64,000 nucleotides of DNA. It comes from Paraphysomonas bandaiensis (taxonomy: Eukaryota; Protista; Chrysophyceae). The number at the start of each line of letters is the position of its first letter. Position 1 is the stretch's first letter. Positions 24,122-34,900 of this stretch are shown here, in pieces. Location: assembly GCA_965644295.1 (NCBI GenBank), contig CBFFRP010000259.1:34010-98009 (forward strand), in the 5' to 3' direction. Under the pieces are notes generated by a model that made no database searches, was not told where the DNA came from, and saw only the letters and a program-made list of their open reading frames with translations. The position numbers and the translations under genes are program-made.

Positions 24122-24674
24122 CTGTACTGTACTATGCTATACTTTGATATACTAACTGATACACGAGTCATCTGAGGACATAACTGATTGAGATGTATAT
24201 ATGTGTGTGTTACTCGTGAGACACTTTATAACAATATATATATGAATATATTAAGATCTTCACTGTTGATATCTTGTTTCGAATATTTAAGCTTATCTTC
24301 AACAGCGACGCAGAAGCACAAAGCAATCCCAACAATGATGCTATACAATATATAATGACTTCACTGTGAAGAAATTTACTTTAGTACATTGTAGCCTTGG
24401 TATTCAATACTTGTGGTGTTGTAAAATATTTGTAATGTTGTGGTAAAGCTGACTGTCGAGTAGTATGAATTAAGCTCATACAGCAGAAGTGTATTTTTTG
24501 TAGCTTTAACTCAAACAGTATGCAGTCAAAAACTTATTTTGTCAATTTCTTATTACTTTTGCACCATCACACTCCATGTTTCTGATGTATGTCCAATATT
24601 ATGTATTATTGTTGTACATCATACTACTTTCTCGAAAAAATACAAAAAAGTATCACTTGTGTAGTCCTTTTTTG

Positions 24675-25520
24675 CCTTGACGAATAAACAGGAATTCGGG
24701 AATGGGCCCACCTTAACGGCATCTGGGGTATTGCGCTGTCTACTAAAGTCAAGCACCCGGGCTAGTCCACCTTAAGGACAGAGAGCAAAAGTGGCTGCAC
24801 CTTCGTGCTTGCAGTGACACACAAGCAGCTTTCGTGGGGCCGAATAGTAGAATATCAGAGTTAAGCACTAGTTAGTTAAATTGTTTTGCAAATCAGTCTT
24901 TCACTACTACGGCTTGATTAAATTGTCCAATTTAAAACTGGGAATTCAAACTATCCAGGGAAAGGTGATACCTAGAACGCGTTCTACTAATATATTTTAT
25001 ATTTAATATAGTCCCTCAACAAAGTCGGACTCGCACCTTTTCGTGGTGTTCTGGGGGATAAGTACCGGAGAGATTCTCTCTGGGAAACTAACGTGAGCCG
25101 CAAACATAGTGAGCAGATATTGTTCTGCCCACTCATAGCCGAATGCTTGTGTGGTACAAGGGACACCAATAAGTGTCACTTGTGTAGACGTCTTTGGGCC
25201 CTGACGAATAAACAGGCATCCGGAAGTGGGCCCACCTCAAGGGCATCCTGGACAGGGCCCACCTGAAGGGTAACCGGGGTATTGGGCTGCCTGCTGAAGT
25301 CAAGCATCCGGCATGTTCACCTTAAGAACTCAGAACGGAAGTGGTTGCACCTTGGTGCTTGCGGCGACGCACAAGCAGCTTTCGTAGCGTTAAATAGTAG
25401 GATAATAGAGTTTGTACTGATTAGTTACAGGTAGAGGTCTAACTAGTATGTCTAGCATTCATCTAGCTACTAAATCGGTGCAGGTTTTTAACGCCTATTG
25501 CTAAATAAAAGACTTTCAAT
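24675..25520. mobile_element. Two tandem partial copies of the dispersed repeat family also found at 3.3-5.1 kb
   Basis: TGACGAATAAACAGG..GGGCCCACCT..AAGTCAAGCA.CCGG..CACCTTAAG..AAGTGG.TGCACCTT.GTGCTTGC occurs at about 24680-24920 and about 25200-25420. Confidence 0.75.
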
Positions 25521-25954
25521 ATCGTAATATATTTAATATAGTCATTCTTTGTTCGTTAATTCGTAAATTCAGTATAAATATACTTGCCAACTAGTGTTTA
25601 CAGATGCTCAAAACTATTCACAACTCACATGTAAAAATCTAAATCTAAATAGAGTGGTAAGTTTCAATCAACTGTTGCCTAACTTCTAATATTATAGAAC
25701 AAGACGTCACATTCGACAATAATAACACGTTAATGAAGAAATCAATCAGAAATTGTAAAATTAAAATAAATCAATAAGAACATAGCGTAAAATACACGTT
25801 ATATATGGCCGTAGACTCTATACCCACATAATAATACTACAAAGTACACAAACAACTTGAGACGGTGCACATCTCTTGCCTATACTCAATTCTATCACTT
25901 TTAAACCGAGTAACTCATCTATCGCCTTTATGAAAATATATACCGTAAAAGACT

Positions 25955-28900
25955 TCAATCACTCTCACCAGATTCGCTAATTTCATACCTGATTTCCTCT
26001 TCCATAGGAGAAAAGGGTATTTCATTCGCTTGAGTGTAGCGATCAAGTGCCATTTGTTCCAGTTTACTTTGTAGTATTGTTTTATGTACATCCAATGGCA
26101 TTCGATGCTCAGGCGATATATTTACACGCACAGGAGATAAATCAGGCGTTGTGTCCACTAACAAAAGCTTTTTCATATTACCATCTCTCTTTAATATTCT
26201 GGCAAGACGAGGAATATTCTTGTCCTTGTCTGTTGGAGATTTATAAGTCGTACTACTACAACTACTGCCACTGTCACTGAGATCATAGTTAACATCGTTC
26301 TCTTCGCCCCACTGCTGATAGGTCAAATACTTCATATACTCGACAATGATTTTCGCCGAGTACAGCTCTGATGATATTTCTGGCGAATGCCTTCCGGTGT
26401 CGCCAATAACTCCAGGAGAACCCGGCATCGCAATACCTGAGCTATCTTCGATAGCGGATGGTAATTTGTTCCGTTTTTCTTCAAGTTTACGCAAAAGCCG
26501 TTCTCGCTGCTTCTCTCTGGTGATAAGCAGGCTAACTCTGTGGCGGGCAGTGTTAGATACAAATGTCTTTTTGATTCCATGCGAGGTTTTCCATGTGTCG
26601 TTGTCATCTTGTTTACCACTTATAGAATAATCGCTGCTATCACCAACATCTTGTAATGGCTGTTGTGGATGCCCTCCACTCGAAAAATTCGTGCGATGTT
26701 GTAAACGGCTTTTCAGTTTACTTTGGGCACGATGCCTGTGCTCCTCCAGGGAATACTGCCTCGCATGCTCATTCATTGTGAATCGTTTTTTCACGCTGCC
26801 GACTGCAGTGCGTGGGGATTCAGGTAAAGAATTCTGTTCAATACTTCTGGCACGCCGAAATTGTGGTTCAGTTGATAACCCATGGGAAGATTTCATTGAC
26901 ATAATTTTTTGAATATTTCCATCTTTTCGAATAATTCGTGCTAGTCGAGGTGATTTTACTACCCGTATGGGCCTGTCCGCGTTGCTTTCGTCGCTGCTGC
27001 TGAGATCATAGTTTATATCATCGTCGTTACCCCAACGAATAAACGCTAAGTGCTTCATATGCTCGATAATGCTATCTACTTTTAATAATTCTTTGTTCTC
27101 ACTGTTCACTGTGCCAGCATCAGCTGCATCGTTGGTGCTGACGTGACCCCCTTCATACTCCCCAGTTGACAGTTGTTCCGAGTTATAAGACAAAAATTGC
27201 TCCCCACTGTCATCATCGGTTTTAGCGTTGTCCTTATTTTCCTCAGCCCTGTCTATTAGACGATGTGAAATTGACCGAAATAGAACCTCCCCGTCACTCA
27301 TATACATGTGCGTTGAGAGCTTTAAGTCATACGACACCTCGTGGAGTGCAGTCAAAATCTCACGTCGTCGGTAATCACGGAAGTTGTTCTCTACAATGTT
27401 ATTATGTCGACCTGGCAACACCTTGGCTCCAGCTTCCATATCAAGGATATGATCCGTTTTTTCACGCCCGCGGCGCTTGCATGCCATACAGAGTATGTTA
27501 CACACATATGGGGTAGGTGAACTCAAACCCGCATCAATCGTGCCGTCGATTTCGACTAGTTCTGGTGTCCGTGTGTATCCATTCTTATTGTTCTCTGTTC
27601 GCCCCATGTTACCCCCAGACAGAACTTCTGGAGTAGAAATAGCGTGATCGACGGCAACTCTAGGGTTACTGATACTAGAACAAAATAGATTGTCTCGTTT
27701 ACCACAGCAAGTAGTAAACGACATGAATAACAGTGCAACAACAGCAATTGAATATAGAACTCCGTTTTCAGTCAGTGCTACCATGAAGATGACCCCACAG
27801 ATGCCCCACAGTATAACGCGATAAAAAAAAGACTGCACCGGATAGTATAGACATGACACATAGATCATACCACTCAAGAAATACTCTGGAATATTACATA
27901 TAAATCGTATTAAATATTGGGTGATGCTGTAACGCATGTACTGTCTTGATGGAATCCATGTTCTAAACTTTAGAATAATATTACTTTCCGGTAAATTCCG
28001 ATACGCCTTCGCTACAGCTGTCGATACAAATAAGTATTTTGTAGCATTGAAGGCGACAGAAGAATCATTCGAGGCACAAAGTTCACCGTCACTAAAATTG
28101 TGAGTTTGTCCGTTGTCCATACCAAGTAAGGAATTACGATAAGCACTTGCTATGTCTTGCAAGGCATTTTTGACTTCGGCCATCGATTCATATGCAAGTA
28201 TTGGTGGTATTATTCGTGACAACACAACGAATCCCGGGCTGACAACAGCTATATCCACAAGAACTAGCACAATAAAAGACAACAACCACGCTAGTTGCTC
28301 TGCATAAGATCGAGTTACACCAAACATTAATACAAAGACTGACATAGTAATTACTACGAGAAACCAAACTGCACCAATACCGATTCGAACCCACTTCGGC
28401 AAATTCAGAATATTCGAACTCCTCGACAAGTTTTCAGAGTTTACATGTTCGATAAGTCGCCCTCGTAAACCGGACAAGAGATCGCACACAAACAGCACAA
28501 GAAGCCGTCGGCGCCGTTGTGCAGTAGTCAATGCACACATCATTTTAATTTCTTTCGATGCTTTGTCACATGCACGAGATACATCTTCTGAAAGAGTGTC
28601 GAAATCAATATCAAGAATATTATTTATATCTCCACTTATTGGGTCCAACGGATCATCTCTCTTTAACGATATCGCGCCCCAAGCAAGCGAAATATTTCTT
28701 CGCTCAACGCTATTCTGTATTGACTCCAGGTAGCATATCAAATCATTCAGTAAATCATCACAGATTAAATTCGAAACCATTTTACCCGTGTGTCGCAACC
28801 CCTCACCTCCAATGGTAGAAATATTGCCATTGTCGACCCCCAAAATACTGTGACAAATTACTGGATTAATTTGCTGACAACCGTCGAAATTGTTCGGTGA

Positions 28901-31900
28901 CGTTAAAACATGAGTAATCATAACTGCAGATACGAATTCAAGAGGTATACAAAGAAGTCCACTACATACAGCAGCTAGAAGTACTATAAAAACGATATCA
29001 CCAGAGAAGATATCTACAGCAGTACAACGCTCGCCATTCCAATAGCAATCAGCTCCAAAATACGTATACACAGGAAATTCGTGAGTAGAACACTCACTTC
29101 TAGTGTCTAATGTTGTACAAGTTTCATTTCGAGATTTCAGTGCAATATCTAGCCAAATGTATACGAGTGAATTTGCAAACATTGCATAAACAAGGGAGCT
29201 GAATCGTAATATGGGGAGCAGCTGATGAGCGTAAGCACAGCTGTGGATAAACTTAGGTGATAGCATTGACAGCCACTGATACGCTGCTTTGAATTCTTTT
29301 ATGCATACGTTCCATAATGACTGACTACTAAATACAGATGGAAACACGGAGTCCACGTCAGTTCCATTGAGTGTATCTTTGCCTACAGATAGAGGGAAAG
29401 CTTGTGTTACTTTCCTACGATCCTTGCTATCCATATGGCCCAAGTGGACACACACAAAAGCCAAAACAGCAATAAATGTACTGAACGTTATCCATACCAT
29501 ATTTCTGTGCGCATTTTCATTATCCTGCCACTGTATTGAGACATCACTAACAGGAGAATATCCTGTTGTCACAACGAACGATGACTTCGTTTTGTTCGCA
29601 CCATCCACAACTGATATCACGCTCGCGTTGCACTCACATAATATTAGCTCGTCCGTTTGGAAGGTAGCACTGCACATAGGAAGTTCAGTGACAGTCACCC
29701 CAACTAGAGCTTTACACTGGGGGTACTTGTCGACAGGAGGGCATCTAATTAACCAATGTCCCACACTTTCGTTGCAATATAAAGTCACCAAATCAGAAAT
29801 ACCATCACAAGATAGTGTGTACACAGCATAACTACCATTACATAGTATCACACGATCAGTGGCATTAATTGAATGGCCATAATTTATTGCAACAGTATTT
29901 TGGAGTTTTACCGTCAGCGTGGATACATTTCTCGACGATGAAAGCAGTCTCCGCGACAACGGTGTAACACGTGACACACTTTCAACAAGGTTAGATGTGA
30001 TATCGCGTAGCTCAGATCGTTTGTTAGACAACGGTTCTACGAGAGTAGCATAACCCAAATAAATAGATGGCACACGAGACAAAATACACAACGAGATGTC
30101 ATCATCTGATACGCCGATTACGGAAGATGCTTCAAGGTTTGCATACTCTTCGATTGGTAGTCGTGGTAACACCAGCGTGTACTCTGAATTCGCAATACTT
30201 GCTGCATGTAATCGTAGTTTTCGTTGTAGTAAATCAAGTTCATTACCAGTGGTAATGTTGCGGAGAGTAACATCGCACAATGCGTACGAGAGTTCACTTA
30301 CTTGAACCGCAAGGTTACCAATCAGTGTTGGGTCTACTGCTAAAGAGAAATCAAATAAATCCTGTAAATGCGACACACAATCTACAGCCTGAAGTATAAT
30401 TAATGAATTGGTTGAAGATAAGTACAAATTGTTGTGGACAGCAATGTCCAAAATATACTTTGTTGCAAGTACAGTGCAATTTGCGGACTTCAGAGAGAGT
30501 GTATTCGGATTGAGTGTCATCATCGAAAGAAGAGATAGCCATGATCGCATTGACGCGGTGGTCGGATCGGACATTCGTATGTACGACAGAAGGCCACACA
30601 ACATTTCATCTTGAATATGTACTAGTTCAATCATGACATCACTTGCACTCGCACACGAATTTCCATGCCAACCCTCATCACACTCACATAATGCTTCACA
30701 TGTTGGATCTCCAAGAAAACACGTATCCACCGCAAATAGTGTGCTCCGTGACCGGTACGTACACACACCATGACCGGAACAATTGCTGGAACACAGTTTC
30801 GGAACAGCTGCGCAACCACCACTAATGCACTCCATGAACGGCCAACATTGTGAATCCTCGTAGCATGATGCACCAATGACTACATGATCTACTTCTGACA
30901 GTAAAACACAAGGGCTGTTTGAGGGGCCCTGTTCCCCCAAGTACAGCGTTGAATAGCATTCACCGCAAGTGTTATCCATTGTTGAACAGTCATAGCGATT
31001 CAGAATAGAACAATTAACAGGAACAGTATTGCAGTTCACCTCATTAAAATATGCCGTTAACCGATTCAGGTTGTTTCTTAATGCAAACACATTTCTAGAG
31101 TCAATATTTTCCTGCAAACTAATTGAAATAGCTGTGGCATTTAATTCAGGAGTGCTACTCGGTTGACCTGTTGGCTGACCGCTAGGCAGACTAGAAGGTG
31201 AACCACTGGGTTCACTACTAGGTTCAGACGTTGGTTGCCCACTAGGAATTCCAGTAGGATACGATGTCGGCAGCGATGACGGTTCTGAGGTAGGCAATGA
31301 ACTCGGGCTAGAGGTGGGTTCTGAGCTGGGGGTGCAACTTGGTTGTGACGTCGGTTGTGCAGATGGTATCCCTGATGGTTGACCTGTCGGTTGTCCAGTG
31401 GGTTGACCGGTTGGTTGCGTACTAGGAACAGATGACGGGCGACTTGAAGGCCATGAAGACGGCAACCCTGTCGGTTGACCTGTTGGCTGGCCGCTAGGCA
31501 GACTAGAAGGCGAACCACTGGGTTCACTACTAGGTTCAGACGTTGGTTGCCCACTAGGAATTCCAGTAGGATATGATGTCGGCAGCGATGACGGTTCTGA
31601 GGTAGGCAATGAACTCGGGCTAGAGGTGGGTTCTGAGCTGGGGGTGCAACTTGGTTGTGACGTCGGTTGTGCAGATGGTATCCCTGATGGTTGACCTGTC
31701 GGTTGTCCAGTGGGTTGACTGGTTGGTTGCGTACTAGGAACAGATGACGGGCGACTTGAAGGCCATGAAGACGGCAACCCTGTCGGTTGACCTGTTGGCT
31801 GACCGCTAGGCAGACTAGAAGGCGAACCACTGGGTTCACTACTAGGTTCAGACGTTGGTTGCCCACTAGGAATTCCAGTAGGATATGATGTCGGCAGCGA

Positions 31901-34900
31901 TGACGGTTCTGAGGTAGGCAATGAACTCGGGCTAGAGGTGGGTTCTGAGCTGGGGGTGCAACTTGGTTGTGACGTAGGCTGAGAGGTAGGTAGTGTTGAT
32001 GGGCATGACGTGGGTTCACTCGTGGGGCACCCTGTTGGCTCCACGGTTGGAGTGGAACTGGGTTCTGATGAGGGAGCATCAGTAGGTGAAAACGTTGGTG
32101 TGCCTGAAGGGAAACCACTAGGTTGTGAACTCGGCTCTGACGTGGGGTGGGAACTGGGTTCACCGGATGGAATGCCAGACGGGTACCCAGTAGGAGACGC
32201 AGTTGGATTGCCAGAAGGAACAGTGGTTGGCATGAAAGTTGGTTCACTCGACGGCTCAACAGATGGGAGTGATGTTGGAGCACCACTAGGAACAACAGAT
32301 GGGTAAGAACTAGGAACTCCAGTAGGCTTCCCAGACGGGGAAATCGTCGGGTGGCTACTGGGAAAAGAGGTGGGTTCTGAGCTGGGGGTGCAACTTGGTT
32401 GTGACGTCGGTTGTGCAGATGGTATCCCTGATGGTTGACCTGTCGGTTGTCCAGTGGGTTGACCAGTTGGTTGCGTACTAGGAACAGATGACGGGCGACT
32501 TGAAGGCCATGAAGACGGCAACCCTGTCGGTTGACCTGTTGGCTGGCCGCTAGGCAGACTAGAAGGCGAACCACTGGGTTCACTACTAGGTTCAGACGTT
32601 GGTTGCCCACTAGGAATTCCAGTAGGATATGATGTCGGCAGCGATGACGGTTCTGAGGTAGGCAATGAACTCGGGCTAGAGGTGGGTTCTGAGCTGGGGG
32701 TGCAACTTGGTTGTGACGTCGGTTGTGCAGATGGTATCCCTGATGGTTGACCTGTCGGTTGTCTAGTGGGTTGACTGGTTGGTTGCGTACTAGGAACAGA
32801 TGACGGGCGACTTGAAGGCCATGAAGACGGCAACCCTGTCGGTTGACCTGTTGGCTGGCCGCTAGGCAGACTAGAAGGCGAACCACTGGGTTCACTACTA
32901 GGTTCAGACGTTGGTTGCCCACTAGGAATTCCAGTAGGATATGATGTCGGCAGCGATGACGGTTCTGAGGTAGGCAATGAACTCGGGCTAGAGGTGGGTT
33001 CTGAGCTGGGGGTGCAACTTGGTTGTGACGTCGGTTGTGCAGATGGTATCCCTGATGGTTGACCTGTCGGTTGTCCAGTGGGTTGACCGGTTGGTTGCGT
33101 ACTAGGAACAGATGACGGGCGACTTGAAGGCCATGAAGACGGCAACCCTGTCGGTTGACCTGTTGGCTGGCCGCTAGGCAGACTAGAAGGCGAACCACTG
33201 GGTTCACTACTAGGTTCAGACGTTGGTTGCCCACTAGGAATTCCAGTAGGATATGATGTCGGCAGCGATGACGGTTCTGAGGTAGGCAATGAACTCGGGC
33301 TAGAGGTGGGTTCTGAGCTGGGGGTGCAACTTGGTTGTGACGTCGGTTGTGCAGATGGTATCCCTGATGGTTGACCTGTCGGTTGTCCAGTGGGTTGACT
33401 GGTTGGAGTAGATGATGGTAATGCTGTAGGCTGTCCACTGGGGGCTGTTGGGATTGATGTCGGTTGGCCACTTGGCTCCCCACTGGGCAGAGAAGACGGA
33501 AGAGAAGAAGGTACGAGTGATGGAATACTGCTTGGCTCACTGGACGGATCCGAACTGGGAATACTAGATGGTTCTCCACTAGGTTGCCCTGAAGGCTGCC
33601 CAGATGGTGCACTTGAAGGAATACTTGTTGGAGATGTTGGAACTGACGTTGGTTCTCCAGTGGGCTGTCCAGAAGGTAGCCGAGTTGGCTCAGCTGTTGG
33701 CTGTCCCGACGGTTCAGATGTGGGTTGACTTGTAGGCTGGCACGACGGCGCACCTGTAGGTTGTCCACTAGGAATACTAGTGGGAAAACTAGATGGCTGA
33801 CTGGAAGGAATGCTTGTAGGAGAAGTCGGCATTGAAGTAGGCTGGCCAGACGGCTGTCCTGAAGGAAAGCTTGTCGGTTGACTGGATGGAACACAAGTCG
33901 GGATGAGTGATGGAACACCACTAGGAATAGTACTAGGAGCCCCCGACGGCTGGCCAGATGGAAGACACGTTGGAGCTGCAGTGGGCTGACCCGTGGGAAT
34001 GAGTGTCGGCTCCGCAGACGGTACCATAGTAGGAATGCTAGTGGGCTGAGAACTCGGAGTACTGCTTGGTTGTCCTGACGGTAAACTGGTTGGCTCTTTG
34101 GAAGGAACACCTGATGGCTCACTGGATGGAAAACCGGTGGGTTGAGCAGATGGTTGTCCAGTGGGTTCAGTGCTTGGTTTGCCAGTTGGATAGGATGATG
34201 GTTGTCCACTTGGATAGCCCGTGGGGATACTGCTTGGAGCACTGGTCGGTTCACCTGTGGGCTGGCCGGAAGGCCCAGATGAAGGTAAACCCGAAGGTTG
34301 AGAAGAAGGTTGGCTACTTGGTTGACCTGTTGGCGCGCTAGAAGGAATACAGGTTGGTTCGCCAGTGGGCTCACCTGTTGGCTGCCCTGATGGCTCACCG
34401 CTTGGAATACTGGTTGGTGACGTAGGTACTGATGTTGGCTCGCCAGTGGGTTGCCCGGATGGCTCACCACTGGGAATACTTGTTGGAGATGTAGGAACAG
34501 ACGTTGGTTGTCCTGTGGGGGAAGTTGGCATTGAAGTAGGCTGACCCGTTGGTGACGTAGGACAAGATGTTGGCTGTCCAGTTGGTTGCCCACTTGGTTG
34601 GGACGTGGGTTGACCAGAGGGCAAGGCAGAAGGTGAACTGCTGGACGGAAGAGCCGTAGGGACACCAGTTGGTTGGTCTGTCGGTTGAACACTGGGGATA
34701 CTAGTTGGTAAATATGAAGGAATGCCACTGGGAAAACTACTGGGGATGACACTTGGACTACTTGTCGGTTGGCTACTCGGTTCTACAGAAGGAAAGCTCG
34801 ACGGCTGCCCACTAGGAATACAGGTTGGTTCGCCAGTGGGCTCACCTGTTGGCTGCCCTGATGGCTCACCGCTTGGAATACTGGTTGGTGACGTAGGTAC